A DNA stretch of 32,000 nt. Origin: Flavobacteriaceae bacterium. Its GTDB lineage: Bacteria > Bacteroidota > Bacteroidia > Flavobacteriales > Flavobacteriaceae. Positions within the stretch are counted from its first letter, which is position 1; each line of letters starts with the position of its first letter. Position numbers and translations under genes: made by a program. Positions 9,801-16,139 of the stretch are shown here, piece by piece. Below the pieces are notes generated by a model. That model was not told the origin of the DNA, ran no database searches, and saw nothing but the letters and a program-made list of their open reading frames with translations. The stretch spans positions 2,400,001 through 2,432,000 of the forward strand of contig OZ245049.1 in the NCBI GenBank assembly GCA_965224465.1, in the 5' to 3' direction.

Positions 9801-12800
9801 CTTGACATTGGCGTATCAACATCGGTATCTGTTCCTTTACCTGTTGTAATAACATTTCTAATAATATAGACTGCGTCTTCCTTTACTGTATAAACATCGT
9901 TATTTGCAACAGGCGGATCATTGACTGGAGTTACTTTAATTGAAACTGTTGCTACGTTTGACCATAATCCTCCTTTATCTTTTACTTTATAGGTAAAACT
10001 ATCACTAACTGTTTCTCCTCCATTATGAATATATATAAATGTTCCGTTTGGTTTTAATTTCAATGTTCCGTGAGTAACATTTCTCTTTAGAATCACAGAT
10101 CCACCAGGCCTCCTATCTTCGGTATCTGTATCATTAAACTGAACCTTAGCTTGTCCCGTTTTTAATCTCTTTGCTGTTCCTCCTTCTAAAACTACGATCT
10201 CATCATCTACTGCTACTGGTGCATCGTTCACTGGCGTTACTTTAATTGAAACTGTTGCTACGTTTGACCATAATCCTCCTTTATCTTTTACTTTATAGGT
10301 AAAACTATCACTAATTGTTTCTCCTCCATTATGAATATATATAAATGTTCCGTTTGGTTTTAATTTCAATGTTCCGTGAGTAACATTTCTCTTTAGAATC
10401 ACAGATCCACCAGGCCTCCTATCTTCGGTATCTGTATCATTAAACTGAACCTTAGCTTGTCCCGTTTTTAATCTCTTTGCTGTTCCTCCTTCTAAAACTA
10501 CGATCTCATCATCTACTGCTACTGGTGCATCGTTCACTGGCGTTACTTTAATTGAAACTGTTGCTACGTTTGACCATAATCCTCCTTTATCTTTTACTTT
10601 ATAGGTAAAACTATCACTAATTGTTTCTCCTCCATTATGAATATATATAAATGTTCCGTTTGGTTTTAATTTCAATGTTCCGTGAGTAACATCTGTATTT
10701 AAAACTACAACTCCACTAGGCATACCATCTTCGCTATCTGTATCATTAAACTGAACCTTAGCTTGTCCCGTTTTTAATCTCTTTGCTGTTCCTCCTTCTA
10801 AAACTACGATCTCATCATCTACTGCTACTGGTGCATCGTTCACTGGCGTTACTTTAATTGAAACTGTTGCTACGTTTGACCATAATCCTCCTTTATCTTT
10901 TACTTTATAGGTAAAACTATCACTAATTGTTTCTCCTCCATTATGAATATATATAAATGTTCCGTTTGGTTTTAATTTCAATGTTCCGTGAGTAACATCT
11001 GTATTTAAAACTACAACTCCACTAGGCATACCATCTTCGCTATCTGTATCATTAAACTGAACCTTAGCTTGTCCCGTTTTTAATCTCTTTGCTGTTCCTC
11101 CTTCTAAAACTACGATCTCATCATCTACTGCTACTGGTGCATCGTTCACTGGCGTTACTTTAATTGAAACTGTTGCTACGTTTGACCATAATCCTCCTTT
11201 ATCTTTTACTTTATAGGTAAAACTATCACTAATTGTTTCTCCTCCATTATGAATATATATAAATGTTCCGTTTGGTTTTAATTTCAATGTTCCGTGAGTA
11301 ACATCTGTATTTAAAACTACAACTCCACTAGGCATACCATCTTCGCTATCTGTATCATTAAACTGAACCTTAGCTTGTCCCGTTTTTAATCTCTTTGCTG
11401 TTCCTCCTTCTAAAACTACGATCTCATCATCTACTGCTACTGGTGCATCGTTCACTGGCGTTACTTTAATTGAAACTGTTGCTACGTTTGACCATAATCC
11501 TCCTTTATCTTTTACTTTATAGGTAAAACTATCACTAATTGTTTCTCCTCCATTATGAATATATATAAATGTTCCGTTTGGTTTTAATTTCAATGTTCCG
11601 TGAGTAACATCTGTATTTAAAACTACAACTCCACTAGGCATACCATCTTCGCTATCTGTATCATTAAACTGAACCTTAGCTTGTCCCGTTTTTAATCTCT
11701 TTGCTGTTCCTCCTTCTAAAACTACGATCTCATCATCTACTGCTACTGGTGCATCGTTCACTGGCGTTACTTTAATTGAAACTGTTGCTACGTTTGACCA
11801 TAATCCTCCTTTATCTTTTACTTTATAGGTAAAACTATCACTAATTGTTTCTCCTCCATTATGAATATATATAAATGTTCCGTTTGGTTTTAATTTCAAT
11901 GTTCCGTGAGTAACATCTGTATTTAAAACTACAACTCCACTAGGCATACCATCTTCGCTATCTGTATCATTAAACTGAACCTTAGCTTGTCCCGTTTTTA
12001 ATCTCTTTGCTGTTCCTCCTTCTAAAACTACGATCTCATCATCTACTGCTACTGGTGCATCGTTCACTGGCGTTACTTTAATTGAAACTGTTGCTACGTT
12101 TGACCATAATCCTCCTTTATCTTTTACTTTATAGGTAAAACTATCACTAATTGTTTCTCCTCCATTATGAATATATATAAATGTTCCGTTTGGTTTTAAT
12201 TTCAATGTTCCGTGAGTAACATTTCTCTTTAGAATCACAGATCCACCAGGCCTCCTATCTTCGGTATCTGTATCATTAAACTGAACCTTAGCTTGTCCCG
12301 TTTTTAATCTCTTTGCTGTTCCTCCTTCTAAAACTACGATCTCATCATCTACTGCTACTGGTGCATCGTTCACTGGCGTTACTTTAATTGAAACTGTTGC
12401 TACGTTTGACCATAATCCTCCTTTATCTTTTACTTTATAGGTAAAACTATCACTAATTGTTTCTCCTCCATTATGAATATATATAAATGTTCCGTTTGGT
12501 TTTAATTTCAATGTTCCGTGAGTAACATCTGTATTTAAAACTACAACTCCACTAGGCATACCATCTTCGCTATCTGTATCATTAAACTGAACCTTAGCTT
12601 GTCCCGTTTTTAATCTCTTTGCTGTTCCTCCTTCTAAAACTACGATCTCATCATCTACTGCTATTGGTGCTTTATTAACATATTTCTTCACAACAACAGT
12701 AAAATACTGTCCATTTTCTAAGGATGGATTATCAAATGTCACTTTCCCTCTTGTATAACTCGTAGCCTTAATATAAGTCACCCCAGATGTAAAATCACCA

Positions 12801-14380
12801 TTATTATCAACTGCCAAATACAAATCTTTACGCAGAACCGAACTAGGCAATCCTGAATTATTTAAATCAAATTGTAAATAAACAGCATTGTTAAAATTAG
12901 ATGTTTTTTGTACTTTCCATTCTCTATATAACCGTTTTATAACGTCATTTTCTTTTTCAGTACTTCCAAAACTTTTTGAATTAGTATTATTCGACCACAT
13001 AAAGAAACTCCTATCCCTGTTAATAGAAGGTCTTCTGCGATCTGTATTTGAACGCACAAAACGATGTGAAGTAGCCACGGTCAACATCGCACTGTTATTA
13101 ACACTTTTTGAAACTTTCTGTTCTAATTTTAAGCTTCGGTAATCGTTATCTTTTCCGATACCCGCAACATCAAACTTATAATAAGGATCTGTTTTCCATA
13201 TCACATCACCTATAGAATTTAAATAATCGTAATTCTTATTTCCAGTTACTGAACCTAACTCTTTTAATCTCCCCGTCAATGTAATTCCATACTTAACAGC
13301 AAGGTAAGATTCTACAATATGCCTTTTCTTACTCGTTAAAACTCTATCATAGACCAACAGCTCTGCATACCTACCATTAAAAGAATTCCCTCCAGAATAA
13401 TGTGTTCCTATACGAGACGTATTAGGCATTGGACATCCAGCACCTTTTTGATCAGATCTAAGGCTCGTAGCAGTGAAATTTAATGCATCTCCAGACCCAT
13501 TCGCATACAAACTATACGACACATTATCCTTGTCAGTCACATCTCTAGTTAACACTCCAATTGCTGGAGCTCCCAACATATCAATAGAACCCTTTTTAAA
13601 ATAATCTCCATTATTCCCTCCACCAACTGCAATATGATTCCCATCTACAGCACCAAAATACAAATCAGCATGACTCCTCCTTTTATCATCACCAGATGGA
13701 TCACTAATATCTCCTCCATATAATAATGTTTCAGAAAACCCATTCCTTCCTTTTCCCTTTGCCTTAAAAACCGAAAAAATAGTTTGACTTAACTTTGTCG
13801 GAGTTTCCATTTGAACCGCATTCCCTACATGTAAAGTCTTAAATTCTAGTACAGGATTAAAATTAATATTATCAATTTTATTATTTTTAAATCTAGGTAA
13901 TGCAGGTAATGGATTTTCTCTCTGACCCTTATGAGCCGTAGCGTGCTCACCATTTTGTGCACCATCATCAATAAACTGATCATACCATGTTGACAATAAA
14001 GTCCCATCCGCAGGTATGCCCCATTTACTATTCACCTTCTTATCAGCTCTTAGCCATAATACACCACCACTTCGAACTTGAGTATCGGCAGCATTCCCTT
14101 TAGAGGCAGCTGATATATTTAAACCAGTATCATCAGAAAGAATATACGTATCGAAATAATCATCGAAAAAACTAAAACTACGTGTTGGTTTTACACTTGT
14201 TTGATGATAGGAAGTTTTAAAGACATCCTCTTTTAGTTTGTACACACCATCACCATCAAAACGAGGATAATTATGAGCATTAAGCCCTGTTGTAATTAAA
14301 AATAAAAACAGCCAAGCATTTGTTAACAACAAAGCAGAGCTACGCATCACTTTCGTGATAGTAAAGTAAAATTTAATCAT
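3584..14380 (-). CDS. Giant repetitive cell-surface adhesin (3598 aa) with cadherin-like/tandem-95-type repeats and a T9SS type-B C-terminal sorting domain
   Basis: Uninterrupted 10.8-kb ORF. Domain order is: signal peptide (MRSSALLLTNAWLFLFLITTGLNA), LamG-like module, 9 x 102-aa repeats, 17 x 95-aa repeats, divergent Ig/cadherin-like domains joined by VNDxPVA linkers, and a type-B CTD. The true start may be M12 (14347). Confidence 0.93.
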   Translation of the reverse strand: MIKFYFTITKVMRSSALLLTNAWLFLFLITTGLNAHNYPRFDGDGVYKLKEDVFKTSYHQTSVKPTRSFSFFDDYFDTYILSDDTGLNISAASKGNAADTQVRSGGVLWLRADKKVNSKWGIPADGTLLSTWYDQFIDDGAQNGEHATAHKGQRENPLPALPRFKNNKIDNINFNPVLEFKTLHVGNAVQMETPTKLSQTIFSVFKAKGKGRNGFSETLLYGGDISDPSGDDKRRSHADLYFGAVDGNHIAVGGGNNGDYFKKGSIDMLGAPAIGVLTRDVTDKDNVSYSLYANGSGDALNFTATSLRSDQKGAGCPMPNTSRIGTHYSGGNSFNGRYAELLVYDRVLTSKKRHIVESYLAVKYGITLTGRLKELGSVTGNKNYDYLNSIGDVIWKTDPYYKFDVAGIGKDNDYRSLKLEQKVSKSVNNSAMLTVATSHRFVRSNTDRRRPSINRDRSFFMWSNNTNSKSFGSTEKENDVIKRLYREWKVQKTSNFNNAVYLQFDLNNSGLPSSVLRKDLYLAVDNNGDFTSGVTYIKATSYTRGKVTFDNPSLENGQYFTVVVKKYVNKAPIAVDDEIVVLEGGTAKRLKTGQAKVQFNDTDSEDGMPSGVVVLNTDVTHGTLKLKPNGTFIYIHNGGETISDSFTYKVKDKGGLWSNVATVSIKVTPVNDAPVAVDDEIVVLEGGTAKRLKTGQAKVQFNDTDTEDRRPGGSVILKRNVTHGTLKLKPNGTFIYIHNGGETISDSFTYKVKDKGGLWSNVATVSIKVTPVNDAPVAVDDEIVVLEGGTAKRLKTGQAKVQFNDTDSEDGMPSGVVVLNTDVTHGTLKLKPNGTFIYIHNGGETISDSFTYKVKDKGGLWSNVATVSIKVTPVNDAPVAVDDEIVVLEGGTAKRLKTGQAKVQFNDTDSEDGMPSGVVVLNTDVTHGTLKLKPNGTFIYIHNGGETISDSFTYKVKDKGGLWSNVATVSIKVTPVNDAPVAVDDEIVVLEGGTAKRLKTGQAKVQFNDTDSEDGMPSGVVVLNTDVTHGTLKLKPNGTFIYIHNGGETISDSFTYKVKDKGGLWSNVATVSIKVTPVNDAPVAVDDEIVVLEGGTAKRLKTGQAKVQFNDTDSEDGMPSGVVVLNTDVTHGTLKLKPNGTFIYIHNGGETISDSFTYKVKDKGGLWSNVATVSIKVTPVNDAPVAVDDEIVVLEGGTAKRLKTGQAKVQFNDTDSEDGMPSGVVVLNTDVTHGTLKLKPNGTFIYIHNGGETISDSFTYKVKDKGGLWSNVATVSIKVTPVNDAPVAVDDEIVVLEGGTAKRLKTGQAKVQFNDTDTEDRRPGGSVILKRNVTHGTLKLKPNGTFIYIHNGGETISDSFTYKVKDKGGLWSNVATVSIKVTPVNDAPVAVDDEIVVLEGGTAKRLKTGQAKVQFNDTDTEDRRPGGSVILKRNVTHGTLKLKPNGTFIYIHNGGETVSDSFTYKVKDKGGLWSNVATVSIKVTPVNDPPVANNDVYTVKEDAVYIIRNVITTGKGTDTDVDTPMSRLSVIKYFISGYSKDQPLGAIVKIDKVGTIRIGSDGELKFSPLKNYNGSVPIITYTLSDEALEDTATVTISVADKGNPVAKDDTASTKEDTLVKTGNVLDNDTIIDGATITSSDTSSTKGGTVVNNGDGTFDYTPKTGFVGEDTFTYTLCDDDTIASCSTATVTITVTDQGNPVAKDDTANTIEDTLVKTGNVLDNDTIIDGATITSSDTSSTKGGRVVNNGDGTFNYTPKTGFVGDDTFTYTICDDDVVASCSTATVTITVTDQGNPVAKDDTANTIEDTLVKTGNVLDNDTIIDGATITSSDTSSTKGGTVVNNGDGTFNYTPKTGFVGDDIFTYTICDDDVVASCSTATVTITVTDQGNPVAKDDTANTIEDTLVKTGNVLDNDTIIDGATITSSDTSSTKGGTVVNNGDGTFNYTPKTGFVGDDTFTYTICDDDVVASCSTATVTITVTDQGNPVAKDDTANTIEDTLVKTGNVLDNDTIIDGATITSSDTSSTQGGTVVNNGDGTFNYTPKTGFVGDDTFTYTICDDDVVASCSTATVTITVTDQGNPVAKDDTANTIEDTLVKTGNVLDNDTIIDGATITSSDTSSTKGGTVVNNGDGTFNYTPKTGFVGDDTFTYTICDDDVVASCSTATVTITVTDQGNPVAKDDTANTIEDTLVKTGNVLDNDTIIDGATITSSDTSSTKGGRVVNNGDGTFNYTPKTGFVGDDTFTYTICDDDVVASCSTATVTITVTDQGNPVAKDDTANTIEDTLVKTGNVLDNDTIIDGATITSSDTSSTKGGTVVNNGDGTFNYTPKTGFVGDDTFTYTICDDDVVASCSTATVTITVTDQGNPVAKDDTANTIEDTLVKTGNVLDNDTIIDGAIITSSDISSIQGGTVVNNGDGTFNYTPKTGFVGDDTFTYTICDDDVVASCSTATVTITVTDQGNPVAKDDTANTIEDTLVKTGNVLDNDTIIDGATITSSDTSSTKGGTVVNNGDGTFNYTPKTGFVGDDTFTYTICDDDVVASCSTATVTITVTDQGNPVAKDDTANTIEDTLVKTGNVLDNDTIIDGATITSSDTSSTKGGTVVNNGDGTFNYTPKTGFVGDDTFTYTICDDDVVASCSTATVTITVTDQGNPVAKDDTASTIEDTLVKTGNVLDNDTIIDGAIITSSDSSSTKGGTVVNNGDGTFNYTPKTGFVGDDTFTYTICDDDATASCSTATVTITVTDQGNPVAKDDTANTIEDTLVKTGNVLDNDTIIDGAIITSSDTSSTKGGTVVNNGDGTFNYTPKTGFVGDDTFTYTICDDDVVASCSTATVTITVTDQGDPVAKDDTANTIEDTLVKTGNVLDNDTIIDGAIITSSDTSSTQGGRVVNNGDGTFNYTPKTGFVGDDTFTYTICDDDATASCSTATVTITVTDQGNPVAKDDTANTIEDTLVKTGNVLDNDTIIDGAIITSSDISSTQGGRVVNNGDGTFNYTPKTGFVGDDTFTYTICDDDVVASCSTATVTITVTDQGNPVAKDDTANTIEDTLVKTGNVLDNDTIIDGAIITSSDISSTQGGRVVNNGDGTFNYTPKTGFVGDDTFTYTICDDDATASCSTATVTITVTDQGNPVAKDDTASTAEDVLVKTGNVLTNDTVIDGAKITRFDTSSTQGGRVVNNGDGTFNYVPKTGFVGEDTFTYTICDDDAIASCNTATVTITVNTFELIDDFSRLKEDGILITSVLSNDKDLYSMMDKTSLKIFKKPTNGIVSVDVKTGKVTYTPNADYSGEDSYDYKVCSVGTPKVYKTATVSIHVIDKIDTVTDLVTTKEDNAVTFKVLTNDVFAGNVTVTKISEAENGTVKFSSVGTVDYTPTTNFNGEETLLYTVTIVNIDETTKEETGTITIKVLPVNDPPVAVDDVQVVKDGESEVVIHVLDNDYDLDGDTVFLEGATSPANGAVVLNDDGTVTYIPNPEFLGVDTFEYEICDGSGDCVVGSVTITVEIKDIETPNAFSPNDDGHNDSFVIKGLGEKYPNFSMEIFNRWGNMVYTYTHNGNPDQRPSWWDGKSSGRLTFDSGKSLPTGTYFYIIRFNDHKKSPFQGWVYLIK
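4739..9583 (-). repeat. In-frame tandem array, 17 x 285 bp (95-aa units, 'tandem-95'-like cadherin/Ig-type repeats)
   Basis: The marker gtgattgttac recurs with an exact 285-bp period from 4746 to 9306 (17 copies). The unit is DQGNPVAKDDTANTIEDTLVKTGNVLDNDTIIDGATITSSDTSSTKGGTVVNNGDGTFNYTPKTGFVGDDTFTYTICDDDVVASCSTATVTITVT. Inner units differ at only a handful of positions. Confidence 0.95.
9926..12679 (-). repeat. In-frame tandem array, 9 x 306 bp (102-aa cadherin-like units)
   Basis: The motif catcatctactgctactggtgcatcgttcactgg recurs at an exact 306-bp period (for example 10201 and 10507). The unit is VNDAPVAVDDEIVVLEGGTAKRLKTGQAKVQFNDTDSEDGMPSGVVVLNTDVTHGTLKLKPNGTFIYIHNGGETISDSFTYKVKDKGGLWSNVATVSIKVTP. 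Five consecutive units (about 10538-12067) showed no differences on visual comparison. Confidence 0.95.
13277..14065 (-). other. LamG-like (concanavalin A-like / Laminin_G_3-type) module of adhesin 1
   Basis: Covers aa ~106-368: GVLWLRAD...NINFNPVLEF...QTIFSVF...LLYGGDIS...YSLYANGS...RIGTHYSGGNSFNGRYAELLVYDRVLTSKKRHIVESYLAVKYGITL. The ending F.G...E..vY.r.Ls resembles Laminin_G_3 domains. The assignment is from memory of the family pattern only. Confidence 0.5.
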
Positions 14381-14458
14381 AAAAAGTTTTAATTATGTAC
14401 TCGTCCTGTCATTTAATTATTTAGGCTTAAAAGAACAGAGAACCGAGACAATTTCAGG

Positions 14459-14466
14459 CAAATCTA
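14459..14466 (-). promoter_or_regulatory. Candidate Bacteroidetes-type -7 promoter element (TAnnTTTG) for adhesin 1
   Basis: The minus strand reads TAGATTTG about 80 nt upstream of the ATG at 14380. A matching element (TATATTTG) sits at the homologous position upstream of adhesin 2, within similar context (ggca.caaat.ta). I saw no clear -33 TTG. Confidence 0.35.
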
Positions 14467-14524
14467 GGAATATATATAAGCACTAAAAATACTTACTAAT
14501 AAGTAAATAAACAAAAGGTTAGTT

Positions 14525-15289
14525 TTAACCAACTGAATGCAAGTAACTTCTAATAAGCTGCGTCACATTGCTAACATTGAACTTTCGCATCAAATTTTGG
14601 CGATGTTTGTCTACAGTGGTCTTGGCAATAAATAAAATGTCTGATATATGCTGACTTGTTTGTCCTTGTATCAAAAAATCTAAGATCTGTTTTTCCCTTG
14701 CCGTAAGTGGTATAACGGGGTGGAGTAGGCTATTCATTTTATTCTCAAAATTCAAAAAGGCAGTATTCAAAGCGGTTGACTTAGTCAAACATTTTATTTC
14801 AAAATAAGTACCCTGTAAGTAATTTGTGATTTTAGTAAAATCTTGTAAAGTAACCAAGACAAGTTCTGGTTGCATTTTATCATCCGAAGACAAAATAATA
14901 ACACTTCTCAAATAAGTAACAGTTTTATCTTTATCAAAAGAAATATTGAACCGTAAATTAAAAACACATTTCCGAGGTGGTATTTTGTTCAAAAAAGAAA
15001 AATCCTTTAACTCTTTATCAATCTTACAAATGTTTTCTTGCTGATCTTCCACCACATTGTTATACAGATGTAAAGTACCAGGATCAAAAATACATTTCAA
15101 TTTTGAATCATAACACTTCTCGAACACCAAAATATCCTCTTTTGAAAAATCCAACACCGCCATATAATCGGGATTGACATTTTGAACGTAAGCTTTTGTC
15201 CAATTTAAAACTTCTTTTTTTAAAGGTTCTTTTAAATGATGCTTATTCAAAAAAACAGTGTTCAACGAAGACTTCTTACAACTTTTCAT
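14525..15289 (-). CDS. LuxR/GerE-family HTH transcriptional regulator with an uncharacterised, non-receiver N-terminal domain
   Basis: 254-aa ORF. The C-terminal ~60 aa, LTAREKQILDFLIQGQTSQHISDILFIAKTTVDKHRQNLMRKFNVSNVTQLIRSYL, form a classic LuxR/GerE-type HTH. The N-terminal ~190 aa have no recognisable REC acidic pocket or autoinducer-binding signature. Confidence 0.8.
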   Translation of the reverse strand: MKSCKKSSLNTVFLNKHHLKEPLKKEVLNWTKAYVQNVNPDYMAVLDFSKEDILVFEKCYDSKLKCIFDPGTLHLYNNVVEDQQENICKIDKELKDFSFLNKIPPRKCVFNLRFNISFDKDKTVTYLRSVIILSSDDKMQPELVLVTLQDFTKITNYLQGTYFEIKCLTKSTALNTAFLNFENKMNSLLHPVIPLTAREKQILDFLIQGQTSQHISDILFIAKTTVDKHRQNLMRKFNVSNVTQLIRSYLHSVG

Positions 15290-16055
15290 ACCCTAAAAAC
15301 TTAATATTTAGCTTATTTTAATTACGTACACAGATTTAATTTAACAGCAGACTCACTACAAAAAACCGTACCTATGTTAAATTTTTATCAAAGTCAAGTC
15401 CCGACAATATTGGATTTTTAAAAAACCAACATCGCTTAATAACTTATTACATGGGGGAAATAAACTTCAATCAAAAGAAACAAAATTTCTTTGCACCTAC
15501 TTAACAAATACCATACCACTATTGCAACTGTTTGTTTTTCAGAACATAACATAAGTACAAAAAAAACTACACTACACATATCAAAAATAAAAACAAATAG
15601 TATTTTTACAACACCAGATTTTTAAAAAAACTAAAAGTATTCTATAAATATTGACATCGAAAAAAGCTATAAATAAGCACTTTAAGACCAAATATATAAG
15701 CCTTGATCTAATAAAAACATAAGCTTAGGACAAGCTAGATTTAGACTGTAATACCAATTACAATCCAAAATAACCGATAAACAGTTTGTTTTACGTTCTA
15801 GCATTGTTAAAAAACAAAACGACAGCTAAGGGGAACCATCCATTTTTCGTCTAGCTAAAACAAAAAACAATTCCATTTCTAAACCGTCACTTGGAAATGT
15901 AGTTGGTATAATCACACATCTAACAATATAGTGCAAGAGAGACAATCCATTACCTTGCAAAAAACTTCGAAAAACACCTCTAGAAGAAAGACGTATGATT
16001 CCGAAGTACAACGGACTTGACTTTAAAAAAAAATCTATTTCTAGAGACCACAAAA

Positions 16056-16087
16056 AAAAGCACCTTTCCCTAAGAAAAGATGCTTTT
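16056..16087 (-). terminator. Rho-independent terminator downstream of cassette 2
   Basis: Stem aaaagca (16056-16062) / tgctttt (16081-16087) with an inner cttt/aaag pairing. On the minus strand it is followed by a run of T (complement of the A-run from about 16052). It lies ~55 nt after the stop of the second OmpA-like gene. The sequence just past the stop (ttagttctcatc) is also conserved with cassette 1. Confidence 0.5.
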
Positions 16088-16139
16088 AAAAAATATACTG
16101 AGAACATAAAACAACTTAGTTCTCATCCAACTTCTGCAT

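Noticed and set aside
10080-10125. The hypervariable A/B patch could be a diversity-generating retroelement (DGR) variable region.
   Set aside because: The substitutions between the A and B alleles are not restricted to adenine-templated positions; G/C, G/A, T/C and T/A changes are all present. There are only two discrete alleles rather than a spectrum, and no reverse transcriptase or template repeat is present in the window.
4739-12679. The regular direct repeats could be a CRISPR array.
   Set aside because: The units are 285-333 bp, directly abutting with no spacers, and lie in frame inside long ORFs that encode structured protein domains. No cas genes are present.
3584-14380. The giant repeat proteins could be polymorphic toxins (Rhs/MAFB/CDI-like).
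   Set aside because: There are no YD/Rhs repeats, no C-terminal toxin module and no downstream immunity-like small ORF. The C-termini are T9SS type-B sorting domains, and the downstream genes are PorP/SprF-like and OmpA-like.
14525-15289. The LuxR-type protein could be a two-component response regulator (NarL/FixJ type).
   Set aside because: The N-terminal region lacks the acidic pocket, phospho-acceptor Asp and conserved Lys pattern of REC domains. No histidine kinase gene is adjacent.
15826-16107. A 93-aa minus-strand ORF in the gap between the LuxR gene and cassette 2.
   Set aside because: The sequence is Phe/Leu/Ser-rich and low in complexity (…FLKASFLRERCFFLWSLEIDFFLK…), as expected from AT-rich non-coding DNA. 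It overlaps the predicted cassette 2 terminator hairpin and shows no recognisable motif.
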